A stretch of 64,000 nucleotides of DNA. It comes from Vezdaea acicularis. Its lineage: Eukaryota. The translations under genes and the position numbers were made by a program. Each line of letters begins with the position of its first letter. Position 1 is the first letter of the stretch. Below are positions 48,120-62,580 of the stretch, in pieces. Below the pieces are notes generated by a model. The model did no database searches and was not told the DNA's origin. It saw only the letters and a list, made by a program, of their open reading frames with translations. The DNA lies in NCBI GenBank assembly GCA_026025075.1, contig JAPEUI010000043.1, positions 62,001-126,000 of the forward strand, read 5' to 3'.

Positions 48120-48797
48120 CTACAACTCCGCTTTCGGCGGCTCCACCTCCTTCTTTCCATCCTCCGCCTCAACCTCCTTCGGCGCTTCCTTCTTCAATTC
48201 CTTCTCAATCGCCTCCATCAGCGCCTCTGGCTTCGTGGTACTGGCCCAGCGCTCCTTAACCCTGCCATCCCTGCCGACCAAAAACTTTTCAAAATTCCAC
48301 TTCACGCGCTTCATGCCCAACAAGCCGGGTTTCTCCGCTTTGACAAAGTCCCAGAGGGGTTCGGCATCCGCGCCGTTGACGTCGGTCTTGGCGAGGATGG
48401 GGAAGGTGACGCCGTGGTTGAGTTGGCAGAAGGATTGGATGTCGGCGTCGGAGCCGGGCTCTTGCCCGCCGAATTGGTTGCAGGGGAAGCCCAGAATGAG
48501 GAAGGAGGAGGGGTATTTGGCTGAGAGGGTTTGGTAGAGGGTCTCGAGGCCCGTGTATTGTGGCGTGAAGCCGCATTTGGAGGCGACGTTTACGAGGAGG
48601 AGGACTTTGCCGCGGTGTTGGGAGAGGGGGTAGGGTGTTCCTTTTTCTGGAGGGGAGGGAGTTGGGTTAGTCATTGGTATGAAAAGGGCGGGTGAGGAGA
48701 TGTGAGCTCAGGCGGGGTCAAGTGAACTGAAGTGATGAACAAAGCAGGACATACTGTCTTTCGGACTAAACTCGTAGATAGTAGCAGCGGAGGCCAT
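48120..48797 (-). CDS. HYR1: Cys-type glutathione peroxidase (Hyr1/Gpx3-like), 2 exons
   Basis: MASAATIYEFSPKD|KKGTPYPL...GKVLLLVNVASKCGFTPQY, ILGFPCNQFGGQEPG and KWNFEKFLV. The active-site codon is TGC (Cys), not Sec. Confidence 0.95.
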
Positions 48798-50138
48798 CCT
48801 GCGTTTCCCCTCGACCGAATCGGTGGCCAGACCAGTCCTATCCCTATTCGCCCAAACGTTCAGAAATGGACGACTCTTCGAAATACCCGTTGGAGCGCCA
48901 GCCGGTTGCGAGTTGAGCTTGATGCCAGTCTGGAACAGCGAGCGCGAGCCTTGCATTTATGGGGCTCTCTGAGACCGAGGGCGAGGTAGAACAGATGGCA
49001 CGATTTAACAGCTGTGGATCTTGAAGAAGAAAGTAGTATCGGACGTTCGGAGCGTGCAGCAGACGACTACTCCATGCGTCATCAGGTGGTGGCGCCGCTG
49101 TTGGGCGAGCGTTGCCGGGAGGGGCGGGAGCCGAGGTTTTTTGCCGGCGGCGGCGTCGTCGTTCGGAAATGGGATAGTCCGAGATAGGGAGGGAAACGTC
49201 AGGCCCGGGAGGAGACGAAGTGGTGTTACGAGCCACAAGGTGTTTCTATGCGGCGATCCATTGGGGTCGGACGGTCCTGTGTAAAGATGGCCATTCAGAT
49301 GCACGGCCGTTGTGATACGACGACATCAGCGTTACTGGCAGGCCGCCCTGCAGCTAGCACCCTCCAACCCATGGGATGTATACATGATCTTCATGAGGGG
49401 AGCCGCTTTTGGGTTTTGACGTGCAGCTCTAACTTTCACAAGCTCCCGTTCTCACAGCACAGGGAATTCGGGGTCAGGGAGTAGGCAATACAGGGACGCA
49501 GGACGAAGGCAGGACACTCTCAAATCGAACAAAGACGTCACGGGCTCACATGATCGATGCATTGGCACGGCCAGTTTCTTTTCGGTCAAACCCCCATTCA
49601 GAGCCAAAAGCGCTCCCACCAACTAATCACAAAGGAAAAATTGAATCCGGGCCCTGCACAGATTTTCGCCATCACAGGTCCCATCGGTCCGGAGACATGG
49701 CAGGAAGATGTGAAGATGCTTGACGGGAGGAAAAAAGTTACGGATGCTTGAAGAAACTCGGGGATGAGGGATCATTTTAATAAGCCAATTGTCCCTTGCC
49801 ATCCCACGTTTCCGTCACCAAGCCCGGGAAAACGAAGAGCCACCCTGCTTTGCTTGAAGAGATCGCCTTGACACATGCTGTAATTGACAATGATGTTGTT
49901 CTCCACGACGACCCGATACACGTCTGCACAGAGACCATCCACCGATGAACCCGCATCCCTGTAACGAGGACATGCGGTAGAACCCAAGACGGTTGCTTGT
50001 TTGACTTTTCGTTTGCGGTGGAACCCAGAGAGCCCATCGTTGAAGGGAGAAGGTTGAAGAAGAAAGGGAGGGCGAACATTAGAAACTACAATCATGTACA
50101 AGCCGGCCACGTACTCCAGGGATATCGATGCAAAAAGT

Positions 50139-51485
50139 TTAGGAGAACTTGTAGGTGGCTGTTCCCGACATGACTTGGACCTATCGAAAATGTCAGAGCG
50201 AGGTCGAGATTGTAGCATAGACTCAAAATGAACTTACTGTGCAGCCATCCGAGTTAGAGCCTGTCAGTGAGATGAACTGGCCATTCTGGAACTTGCATGT
50301 GCCACTCAGGTTATCACCGATGATTTCGACCGTGAAGTCGAGAGCAGACATATCGGGTTGAGTGGGTTTGTTAGCCATAATTGAGAGCCACGTTGCTCCG
50401 TCCTTTGTACCAACACCAAGATTGATGGGTGCCCAGTTGCCATATGGCTTAGATGAGTCACCCCAGATGCAGGCTTCGCTTGGGGAGACGCCAGACGGGT
50501 TGACGTAGTACTGAGCAGAGGTACTGCCACCCAACCAAGTGTAGTAGGTGTTCGCGTTGGGGCAGGTCAGCGGTGTGGTTGAGCCTGGCTGCGCATTGAG
50601 GGGGACGGTCTCAGATTCAGTGCCTATTGTATATCAATTAGTATATTGTCGATGACACGTAGAAGTTCACATAGAAGACTTACCTGGATAATCGGTACGG
50701 CAGACTGCAACATTCTTGCTAAGAGTGTTCTGGACCTGGACATTTCCGGTTCCCGGGATGCAAAGTTTCGAGGAGAGAGCAGAGTTGGTCAACTTAAGCT
50801 TGCCACCTTCGCAAAGAAGACCCCCGATCGACTGACCAGTGGAGCCCTGGGTGGTAGGCCACTGCGATTTTTGATAGCCTGGTGGGCAAGCATAGGAGCA
50901 GTAGTTGCCCTCGCTGCAGCTGCCACCGGCGGTGACGGTGGAGAGGCTGCTGGCGGAGCCAGACTGGATGCCGCTCCATCCACCAAGTTGCATCCAGTCG
51001 ACGGAGATTGGACCGTAGTCTGATGGGAAGGTGCTGCAAGAGATTGAGCCATCAGGGAAGTCCTTGTCGAGACCTTTACCACCGGAGCTACCGCCGGAGC
51101 TTGAAGCGGGGGTAGCGGCAGCGGCGCTGGAGCTCGCACTGGAGACGGATGAGGTAGTGGTCGACGAGCTGCTGGGCTGCTGGTAGAAAGCCGCAGCGGT
51201 CTTGGAGGAGCTAGGAGTTGGGGTGGGAGCCGCTGAAGATGTGCTTGGGGGGGCGGTGCTCGCGACAGCTGAGGGACAGGCGCCGGACGCCATGATCAAG
51301 GTGCCATTCTTGCACCCCTCAATCACGTCCTTCTCGGGAATGACCTGGCCATCGAGTTCGTAGAGGGTAATGTAGTCAGCCGCGCGCTTCTCGGCATGGT
51401 GATGTCGACGATGGAGATGAGGGGACGCCGCGACGAAAGAGCCAGCCGTCACGAGCGTCACCGCCAAAGTGGTTGAGAACTTCAT
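50139..51485 (-). CDS. SUN1: SUN-family (GH132) secreted beta-glucanase, 3 exons
   Basis: Signal peptide, Ser/Thr-rich linker, FPDGSISCSTFPSDYG, CSYACPPGYQKSQWP, GGLLC, CRTDYPG|TESETVP and YYVN...GNWAPINLG. Last exon VQVMSGTATYKFS*. Confidence 0.93.
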
Positions 51486-54400
51486 ATCGACGAAAGAATC
51501 GTAGGTACTTTTGGGTAAAAAGGATTGTGGCAGGATCTATCGAAGATCACCGCAGAAGGAGGTCGGTTCAAGGAGCGTTGAAGGTTTGATGCTGGATAGC
51601 TTGTGTGATGATTGATCTATACGGATGCAAAAGTTAGAACGTTGAACATCCACGGTCGCAATTCGCACGCGTAGGCGCGACCAATGCGCAGTAATGGAGA
51701 AAGAAGACGGTCGACGAAGTTCTTAGGAGATGATGAGGCTTCGACATAGCAGGCCAGGAGGAGGTGAAACGGTGAAAGGTTGCGGAGCGGATAAAAGGGA
51801 ATTACAAGGACGCGAGGGCAGCGAGGATGTGAAAAGTCAAAACGAACCTCAGGAGCAGAACGGGGGGAGGGAAGAGGCCGAAGGTGAAGGTGCTGTCCGA
51901 ATGAGCTTGCTTGCAGGTAACGATTTCCAAAAGAGTGTGGTAGGAAGGCTTGCACCTGTCCTGGTCGGAGGGATAATGCAAACAGTGATGAGGGTTTTGA
52001 GAACGAGATCGTGAAGCAGGTGAGGAAGGGAGGAGAGGAAGAAGAAGGCAGAGGCCGCGAGGTGTGTTTCGAAGGGGGTGAGCGTGGAATTGGGAGCGGC
52101 AAGCGAGAGCCAAGCCAGCCAACCACAGCGCCGCAGCAGCGCACCGAGCAGCAACAGGGGCTCGTTAGCGCTACGGCTAGCGGGCTCAGGTACGGCGGCC
52201 AGGGGACGGCCGCCCGTACCTGACTGAACGCGTGCCCGGCGCAGCTCCCGCGACCCTCCGCCTCAGGGGAGGGAGGGCCCACGCAAGACTCCGAGCTGCG
52301 CAGCGCCGTGGGAAATTGGCTTGTGCTCGCCGTCCACACTCGGCCCAGCGCGGCACTTCCGGTCGACCCACCTGCGACAAGTGCGAAAAGAGAGGGAAAA
52401 AAGGAACGAAGCGAGAAAAAAGAAGTGGGGAGAAAAGAAAGCGATGGCAATGAGGAAAAATGAGTTGCGTTGCTCAGTGAAAGCTCACCTTGGGGTTTCG
52501 CCCGCGACTTGCTTCTGGTCTTGCACGAGGCCCAGCCTGTAGTCTCGAGAGCACCGGTGCGCTGGCGCCCGTGGTCGCCTGTGTTGCCGCTGGAAACGAA
52601 TCTCGTGGAGGATGTCAAGTCGTCGCTGGTCGAGCGTGGGCGGAGATTTGGCCGTGGAATGTCGCGATACCGAACCGTGCGGTCGTCAGAGGAGCCGGTG
52701 GTCAAATTCCTGTCAACAGGATCTTTCGACAACGGGTTGAGTCTTAAGTTCGAAATGATCGCAGATCAGATGCGCAAGAATTTGGTGGCGGCACTCAGGA
52801 ATCGTGAGAGATCGTATAGGCTTGGCCGTCAGTTCAGTAAGTCGTTGCTGGAGTCGTGAGACTACGTGGGGTGGTTTGCGGTGTCAAAAGGAGCGTTGGC
52901 CAGTTGAGAATGATCGTTATAATTGTGTTGCGTGAATAACAGATGCGAAGCAATCTCGCATAAGGGAATGTGTTCAGTGCTCGCAGATGGATAGATGAGG
53001 CCGAAAAGAGGGAAGGGAGCGTTGGGATGACGGAGGGGGTGGAGGGCACGGCGTTCTAAATACCCTCCGGTCTACAACCTCCAGCGCGCACTCACAAAGC
53101 ACCTTGTTCGCTCCGTCGCGCGCGCACACACAAGGCGACGGCCGTGATGCGGCGAGAGGGCGAGAGGGCAAGAGAGCGAGGGCAGCACTGGCACCAGTCA
53201 CGCAACATCAGGGAATCACAGAGGTGTGGCATGCCCGTGGGCCCCCCTCGGCATCTAGGGCATGGAGAAAAAGGACGGCGGGCTAGTGAAAGCGAGTCAC
53301 AATGCTCTTTGTCATCAGGGTTTTCCCAACCGAAGCGGTGCTGTCTTTTTCCTCTCTTATGCTTGATAGGGTTCTGGGACCATCCCATTGTCGAGCCATC
53401 ATCACAACGACGGCTTTGTCCTCCAGGCCACCCGGTCATCATGGCCATTCCCCTTCCATCCTCATGGGGAGACGCGCGGACGGCCAGCCCCATCTACGGT
53501 ACTGCGACTGCAAGGCTGATCAGATCCAAGGCAGGCGGCGGGGGGGCATCCCCAAGTCCCGGTACCGCGTCTGAGCCATCACGAGCCGGCAGATGCTTGC
53601 AACGTGTTCTGCAAACGCGACCCGCTGAATGGTTGATGCGATGCCAGACGACTGCACGGAAGGGCTGGTCTCTGCAGCATCGTGGCAGGGCCTGAGGGGT
53701 CCTCCTCACCGTCTGTTCCTCACGAAGCTTCTCGGGAGCCAGCAAGGAACAAGTCCGCCCAACGTGGATCGGCCCTCTGCATCCTTGGAAAGAGGAAGCC
53801 GACCAGATCGAAATCCGCGATCTCCCTTCGGAGTGGCATCCCTGCTCCCCCGGCCCCCCTGCTACCCCTCCTCGCCTAGCCATCCAATCGGACGCCCGCA
53901 CGGCGGCGGTGCCTGGATCCCGGCCCTGACTGCCCGGCGGCCACCACCGTTTCACACGCTTGGTCGGAACATCCCAACCTGGAATCGGCCGTTGGTTAAA
54001 GTTGGCGTGCCTGTGGTGCCTGAATTTTGCCAACGTGGCGAATGCGCGAAAGCGCTGCCCTGAAGTCGTTGCCGCCGTTTCACCCTCCGAAACCCAGCGC
54101 TTCGCTATTCTCGTGGAACGCAACGGGTAAGAGGTCTCGTTGGGTAAAGGGAAGATTTACGACAATTTCCGCACGTCGAGCAGAATCTCTGCGGACACAG
54201 ATTGAGAATTCTTGGAGCGCGCGAGTAGACTGCACCTTTGGACGCCCGACCTCTTCGAAGCTGACATCGAATCATCGGATGCCCCTACGGCACTTCATGT
54301 GACCGCTCTTTTGCTTCTTGAATCGTAATGCTCCGGCGAATCGCAAAATCCGTTGAATTGTTCGGCGTGGGGTGACTGCCCGGTGGACGTCGAATAATAC

Positions 54401-55115
54401 GAATGACCGAAAGTGACGAAATACTTGGTTTTCCACCAAGGGACTTCTCGTCATCCGGTATGCACGTGCCGGTGCTAACGCATGAAAATTTTCCCAGGGC
54501 CGGCCGAGCCCTCTGATTGCTCCCGTCTGGATAATTCGCGCACAATTTATGCAGGCCTAATGCGACGGTTTTCCACATCGTCTCCCCTCGTCACAAGTCC
54601 GGAGTGACTAGTCAGGCCCGCTAGTTTGCAATGTTTGCACACCGCGCCCCCCTCCCAAAAACTAAGCCAGGCTGGGCCAGGATGCCCGTCATGGCCATCC
54701 ATCCGAAAAACACAGTTGCTGCGTCAGCATCCAATGATCACTGTTTGTCGTCGTCATGCAAACAGGTCTCTTCCTGCAAGGGCGATGCCAGCATGCCGGC
54801 ATCGAGCGGGGACACGTCAATCGTCCGGGATGCGCCTTTGGGACAACCAGTCGCTAGCCGTACCGTCGTCCACTATGCACCCTTCTGGCCCGATCTTATC
54901 AGGGCAATCGCCTTCCTTGCAAGGCAGTCTGTCACCACCTCAACAGATTTGCACTCCATAGCACTCTTCACTCAACGGTAAGTAAAGGTTGATGATGGAG
55001 TGGTGAATCGCGGCTTGAATGCGATGGGCCTTCGATGGTCATGGTCGCCGTTTGAGTAGCCGATGGTGTATACTGCAATGGCGTAGGTGAAATTGCTCTT
55101 CGTGGTAGATCGGTA

Positions 55116-56693
55116 TCAAGCTGGCTTTTCAAGCTTAGCCGTCGAAGACCTTCTTTTGACCATCCTGACCCATCTCCGACGTCTCCATATGCCGGTCTTG
55201 CCTTTGCCGGTCCCTTCCTCCCATTCTCGCCGCTTGTCCTTTCCTTTTTGGGTGGCGGTGCCTTCCTCGACGTCTGAGTCGTCATACAGGATGTCGTAAA
55301 CCCATCGCTCTCCCTCCGTCTCGATCTCCACCCCCGTGATCATGCGTTCCTCCACCCATTCTCGACTCTGCAGATCGAGAGTCCATTTCTTATCGCTCCA
55401 TTCCCACCCCCTTGGAGGCTGAACGTCCTCGAAGAACCGAGTGCCTTTCGGTCTGTCACCTGAGATTCGCTCTGGCGATAGTGGATCGTGTGCTGATGGG
55501 GAAAAAATCCAACCCTCCCACTCTGTACTCCCACGTCGTCGCTGGAGCTCGAATATTTCCACTTCGCGTGACTCAAGTTCCCCGTCTAGCAGTATATCAT
55601 TTTCTATCCATGTCGAAAGCCAGTCTTTAGCCTGAAGTTCGCGCGGATGCACGTGATCTTCATGGACAGATGTGAATGCTTTTTGGATAGAAGGATGTCC
55701 TAGACATGTACCAATCCAGCCGGCAGAGAAGAACATGAGACGCCAAGGAAGAAGATGAGAAGCAACGAACATAGTGCATGCAGACGCAAACAAGTAGAGG
55801 AAGATAGCTGAAGAGAGGGCTTCATTGGAGAAATTTGTGGGAGGTGCCAAAAACGAGATAATCTTATCGTGAATTCGAGCAAAGTCATCCATACTATTCT
55901 GGAGGTCTCGAAGGTTTCGAAAGAAGTCTTTGCTCATCTCGGCTACTGGCTTAACGCTCGGAGCTGGAGCGGTGGCCGGGCCATGAGCAGAGTAGGTATC
56001 GGTGGGTGCATTCGTTGGTGGTGGTGGATGCCGGATGATGAATGAGGGGACCATGACACCAAGTAGTATCAAGGCAAGCGGTAAGACTCCAAGAAGGTAA
56101 GGATTTAAACAAATGAATGTATATATTGCGAGAAAGGAAAGCGTGTGAGACGGTACCCTCCACGTGACCAGCCTTAGAACGCGGGTTTGGAAGACGAAGA
56201 CAACACCGACCCTGTTATATGCCAAATTATTCAAGTGTCCAACTCCAATATGACTGAGCATGAGCTTACCGAGAGTTGAATCGTCGAAAGTTACGAGTCA
56301 TCAACGGAAGACTAAACCCAGGCCGATCTATATACTTTGTAGACCTTATATCTGCAGGTCCCTGGTCGTCGTCAATGTCTTCAGATGGTATTACCTGCTG
56401 TAGGAGTCTGGCTGAAGCATTAGTATTCTGGATAAATTCCATTTGAGAGCTGCTACTCAGGGTTCTCACTTCGCAAACAAGCGGTCCTGCAGGCTATTGC
56501 TACTAGAGGCTCTCTTCTCGCTAGCATCTTGGACTTTCTCTCGGAGACGGGTGGCTGATAGCTTGTTTCGTACTCTTTGCCTCTTCCCACCAGTTGCTTC
56601 GGCCTCCGAAGAGACCTCCTCGCTGCCTGAGACGACAAGTACCGGTAGGGTCTCGTCTCTATTCGCAAAACTGTTTGCTGATGGGCCATTCAT
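55116..56693 (-). CDS. Integral peroxisomal membrane peroxin, Pex24/Pex28/Pex29 family with dysferlin-like C-terminus, 3 exons
   Basis: SLQDRLFAK|LLQQVIP, RPGFSLPLMTRNFRRFNSR|VGVVFVFQ, SKDFFRNLRDLQNSMDDF, REVEIFELQ, PPRGWEWSDKKWTLD and WRRRRWVRMVKR. Confidence 0.88.
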
Positions 56694-57837
56694 GATCGCT
56701 ATATGATCTTAAGAGTCTGGGGGACTAGATTCTATGCCATCGTGAAGCTTAGCATGCAGAGGGGAGGACGTGATAGTCATCTATACAGCTCGAAATATGT
56801 GCTTGCAGGTAGTTGAGTTAGGTCTGGCAACTCTCGCTGACGTCTTCAAAGCGGCGGTGGCTCGTGTGTCTCGGCAAGCTGTGGCTTGGGCCCCTGCCCT
56901 TGGGAAGCCGCTAGGCCTGATTCCAGAAAGGCTTCGTCAACAGAAGAAAAGTCACGACTCCGGGATAGGGGCTGGGCCTCGACCCGCGTCCATGGCCGCC
57001 TGGGATGAAGTGTGATCGATAGCAAAAGTAAACCCATATTGCCCCGCCATGGAAAGGAGAGAGCAGAGACTTTGCAATTCACCGATGCTGCACCTTGATA
57101 GAGGCGAGTAGCACGGCGACGTACCACGTTTCGAGTCCTATAGGTGCAGGATACGGCGATAGACAATCTTTGACTCCACTTCCTTGGCTCTCCTAGCGAC
57201 AATATGCTGGGTCAAGATGCGCATGTGTCTTTGCATGTTCAGACGTAACTCAGTCCCTATGTCAATAAAGTTGCTTCTCGACCTGATCCCGCGTTGCCCG
57301 ACCGAGACGGGGGTGACGGGGTACCGAAAGCCGCCTAACCCAAACAAAGTTTCTCTGGCGACTGCAACTCTGTCTGGGCTCTCCTGTAGACTTGGCACTA
57401 CTGTAGACCCTCACCACCCCGATGTCTCCGTAGTGCACCGAATGCTCTCTTCACCCCATGATAATTAATTTGTCCGACTTCATCCCTTTACGCTCGCTAA
57501 GGATAGTCAATCCCAGCAACTGACGCACTCCCCGATCTGATCATTCGCCTCGGTCCCGTTGCAGTTAGCTCGTCGGCCATGGCAATAAGTCCGTGTTGTG
57601 GTTGACCTCAGCTCCTGACTCGGGCTCGACCTGGGGGCACAACACCGTACAGGTACACAGAACTGGAGAAGGAGGCTAGCTGGCGGGTTGTCGGGGGCGC
57701 TTCGACGCACATTATTCGATTCTATTCTCTCTTCTTTCGAAGCAACGCCCTGAGGCCTTAGCTCGCGCGAGGTCCTCGTCTTTCCGTGATCAACCTCAAC
57801 TAAACGAGGAGCAACCCTGGAGCTTCGGCGAGGTGCC

Positions 57838-60800
57838 ATGATGCCAATGCGGGTAGCAGCGCAACCCCAAGGACCAAATGGAAACTCGTACGGCCTCCAA
57901 TCAAGAGCGTCTAACAATTCGAGAGCCGAAGACTCCGGGTCTGGAGGTGAGCATATCGTACTCGCTACAATCTCATGCAGGCTTAATCATCCTAATTAAA
58001 CCCTCTATGAGACACTCAACCTCATATACTGACTATGAACTTAGCGGAAGGACCAGCGAGAAAGAGGTTCCAGGCAAATAATACGAATGGAGAAGGAGGT
58101 GCTAGACGGACAAATCCACCGACTTCCTCCGTCAAGAACTTCGTCGAACCTCGATCCACGTTTGCGAGTAGGAGAAGATCGGTACGAGACCAGAAAGCAC
58201 CTCTTGGTCCGCGGTCGGCGGAGTTTAGCTCAAGAACGTAAGGCCATCATTTCCCCCCCCCCCAAAAAAATGGGGTTAGACTAATCCGCCTACAGGGATA
58301 GCTTGCGAAGAACACACACCGCGACAAATACTTCCCCTTTCGTAGGGCTGACAGAGGGCGAGCGGGGCTCCACGGATCAATTACGAGATCCCAACTCTGC
58401 CTTTCGCAGCGAGGGTGGAGGGAGCAGTACAGAAAACACTTCGCATTCGTTAGGCTCGTTCGACTTTGAACCTTCCATCACTTTTGACGATCTACATAGC
58501 AACCTTACGTCTGGGGACACGAAAGCAGGCCTAAGTTCTGGTGCTCAAGGCGATGATAACAGGTTCGACCGTGCTTTAGAGCCATCAGACAATAATGGGG
58601 GGGTCGTAGATAGACCAGCACTACCAGTTGGTGCTGGAGGATCACGATTTGGGCGTGCTGGCTCTTTGCTAAGACGGCAAAGCATAGCATCAAAAGTAAC
58701 GCAAACTCCAGTTGCGCCCACCGGCATGGAACCGCCTACTACCAACCTCGCTACCAGATCAAAACGTCAGAGTCAAATGCCACCAAGTTCAATCGTGAAC
58801 CCCGTTTCAAGACCGCGCAAGTCTATAGGTCCAGGTGTCGTAGATGCTGCTAATTTCGCGGCCAAAGTGCCTCAAAGGAGGAGGCCGAGTCTTGCGACCA
58901 ATGCTGGCTTAGCATCTTTGAATACAAGAGATCAGATCCGACCCATGGCTACTCGTCAAAGCGTCAGTGGTAGCACAAATACTAGCTCAGATGGCGGCCC
59001 TCGATTCTTAACGACGTCGAGGTCCTTGAAGGCAAAGTCTATGCATGTCCCATCTGCAAAGGAAGTTCAAGATCCGAATATGTTATTCACTCCGACTCTG
59101 ACTCCAGATCACGCAAGGTCTATGTCCATCAACCAGGCTAGATCTCCCGGTAAATCTCCTGGTCGAGGGACAAATACGCCTTCATCTTCTGCGAAGCGGT
59201 TATCCACCATGCCTGCACATGTGACTGGTCTTGGTGCGAGAACGATTAGCCCAACTGATGCGCGACGTCTGAAGAGAATGTCCACCATTCAAGGACCACC
59301 TCCTATGCCAAACACTCCTCCGACACCACAGCCAGATTTCTTAGACTCCAGATCTGCCACTCAATCTCCATCGATGATTCCGAGGAAGAGCATCACTCCT
59401 TCTTCATCTCGTACAACACCAGAGCACAACCGCAAATCATACAGTTCAGGATTATCCATATCCTCAAATACCAGTCATAACTCGGCGCGAAACTCTATTG
59501 GTCCCACACTCGTTCAACCACGACTGCCCCAAAGCCTTTCAACTTCGAGGCTTCCAACGCCGAAGCAATCTAGAAACGTGCAGAGTGCTGCAGGCATAGA
59601 AGGGGAGGAGGTGCCCCCAGTCCCTGCCATTCCAAAGGCATTCGAGTCGCCAAAGGAGGCTGGAGATCAATTGTGCTTCCCCAGAAAGTCCAGCCTTCCC
59701 TTCGACTCCTCTAGCATTAACAGTGCTTCTGCTGGTGAGCCAGAGTACGGCAGTGTAAAGAGAAGGGAAACTTCCAAAGTTGACCGAGAGACTCGACAAC
59801 GTAGAGGACTGACAATTGCGTCTGCCTCTGATGTAGAGCAGAAGGCAAAAGCTACTACTGCGTCCAGTCGAAAGAATCTGCAGCCTTTGAGCCTTCCACC
59901 CCTGAATGTACTTCCCTTAAGCACGCCTACAGTATCAAGAGTCGCAGCACTACAGGATTTCGGAGGTACTCAGGAAGATGGAACTACCATCTCTCCCAGG
60001 CGTAGTCAGATCACTACGCCTGCAACCCCAATGACGGCATCCAGAGCCAATTTCTCCACCAGATATGAGTACCCGGATGGAGCCGATGTTACAGGCTCGC
60101 TAGTACGAAGTAATAGTACGAGTCATGTTCTCCGATCAGATTCAGCCATACTACCTACTCCAGCAACTTCCAATGCCAAGACTCACAATGCCCCTGAAGC
60201 CGGCACCGGAAGATCCATGGTATCTCCATATGTATCATCTTCTCTCCCTAAAACCAACGGAGAATACTACTACTCACGACCTTATACAAGCGGTGACAGT
60301 AACCCAGTGAATCTCAACTCCGAAAGCCGTGCGAAACGGCTTAATGGACCACGAGCACAGACATCCGCGAAAACTTCCAAAGACGAAACTCCGATCAGCA
60401 CATCAAGTCCGTCTGAGCAAGAAACACCTAGCTCGGCGTCTTCATTACGACGGAAGCTAAGTATCAGTTGGAAGAGGAGCTCATCAAAAGCATCTCATGC
60501 AGCGACAGAGCGTGATGCTGAGTATCCTCCTCAGCCGCCGAAGTACGATGACATGCCACCGCCCAAACTGCCCGCCTCTGCCGCTTGGAACAATTCAGCA
60601 GCCACGAGCCCTAGTCCTGGTGCTAAAGCTTCTTCACATTTTGAAAGAAGAAGGAGAAAAAGCTCAGCTTCGAGCATCACAACGGGAGCGGCGAGCACGA
60701 AAAGCGAAAGTATAGATGCTGGAAGGCCCACGAAACGAGATAACAGCGAGTCGAATCATGCAACCCCTACGTCCTCGCGTTCAGCATCGTCAATATTAGG

Positions 60801-62580
60801 GCCAATGCACAAAATGCTGAGCTCGAAGAGCTCTTCGAGCACGTTAAGGACTCGAAACGTCGATACCGGTCTTGATCGCGACGATCAAGCGGCCGAAGAC
60901 GAAATGAGGAAGCTAGCGTCGAAGAGAAAGGACTTCGAAGCTGCCGCTCAAGAAATCGACGAGCTGCGCCGGAGAGCCACACCTAAGGAATGCGTTACAC
61001 CTCTACAAGCCGTCCGAATGGTCAACCTTAACATTTTCGAAAAGGGCGAGATCGTTGACTACAAGGAGATCTACTTTTGTGGTACCAAAGAGGCGAAGAA
61101 GCATGTTGGTGATCTCAACGCCCAGTCCGCAAATTTTGGCTATGATGACGAGCGAGGAGACTACAACATTGTTAATGGCGACCATCTGGCGTACCGGTAT
61201 GAGATCGTAGACCTTCTTGGGAAGGGGAGCTTTGGCCAAGTCGTGAGATGCGTGGACCACAAGACTGGAGGCTTGGTAGCTGTGAAAATAATTCGGAACA
61301 AGAAGCGTTTCCATCAACAAGCCTTAGTGGAGGTCAATATTCTGCAGAAGCTTCGAGAATGGGTGAGCCTAAAGTCTATACAATCTCGGACCTTTGCTAA
61401 TCTGACTTCTTTGCCAGGATCCCCATAATAGGCACAGCATGGTAAACTTCACTCAAAGCTTTTACTTTAGAGGACATCTCTGCATTTCAACGGAACTACT
61501 TGGGATTAATCTCTACGAGTTCATCAAGTCGAATGACTTCCGAGGTTTCTCAATCAAGCTTATTCGACGATTTACGAAGCAACTCCTTAGCAGTCTGGTG
61601 CTACTCAAGAGCCATCACGTCATTCACTGCGATCTCAAGCCGGAGAATGTGCTCCTGGCTCATCCAGTACATTCTGAGATTAAGGTAATCGACTTCGGGT
61701 CCAGCTGTTTCGAGAATGAAAAGGTCTACACATATATCCAGTCAAGATTCTACCGATCTCCAGAAGTAATATTGGGTATGACGTACGGGCTACCAATTGA
61801 TATGTGGAGTATAGGATGCATCCTTGCGGAACTTTACACAGGATTCCCTATATTCCCAGGCGAGAATGAGCAAGAACAGCTAGCTTGTATCATGGAGGTT
61901 TTCGGGCCGCCTGAAAAGCATCTGATCGAGAAGAGCACGAGAAAGAAGCTCTTCTTCGACTCGCTTGGCAAACCACGACTGACTGTTTCGTCGAAAGGAC
62001 GTCGCAGGCGACCCAGCTCAAAGACTCTCTCGCAGGTCCTCAAATGTGACGATGAAGCCTTTCTAGACTTCATCACTCGTTGTCTCCGCTGGGATCCGGA
62101 CCGACGTCTGAAGCCCGATGAGGCCTGCCACCACGAATTCGTCACCGGTGTGAAGAAAACCATCCGCAGTCGCAACATCCAGGAGAGCGTTAACAACTCG
62201 CCCGTCAAACGCAGTAACGCAGCCTCTCAAACCCCGTTATCTCGGCCCCTCCCAGAACCGCCTACGACTAGCTTTCGCAATGGCACTGCGGTCAAAATTA
62301 GAGATCTTCCCAGCACTTCACCATCAAAGGTCAACCCTGCTAGGCGAGTGTCCAACATGAGCGCCGTGCAGAGCTCCATCGGCGTGAAACGCTCAAGCAC
62401 CGGAGCGACCATCATGAACAGCTCTGCGCTACCACGTGTGGCCACCCTATCTGGGAAGAACTCCAGCTCTAAGGACTTAGCCACTGCGGCTGCTGCTATA
62501 AGCTTGGTAAGTCACCTCCCCTTCATAGGACATCCGCACTTTCTCTAACGTCTACTGCGCAGCGTCGTGACAAAGCATGA
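57838..62580 (+). CDS. pom1: DYRK-family dual-specificity kinase, Pom1-like, 5 exons
   Basis: Splice phases work from ATG 57838 (introns 57947-58044, 58238-58295, 61363-61418 and 62506-62562). Long S/P/R-rich N-terminus, DH box NFGYDDERGDY, GKGSFGQV, HCDLKPEN, KVYTYIQSRFYRSPE and GENEQEQLACIME. Confidence 0.92.

Noticed and set aside
51617..52732. 371-aa ORF on the minus strand
   Set aside because: Low-complexity S/P/L/F translation with no motifs. It overlaps the pyrimidine-rich SUN leader and its probable 5'-UTR intron, so it is most likely open by chance.
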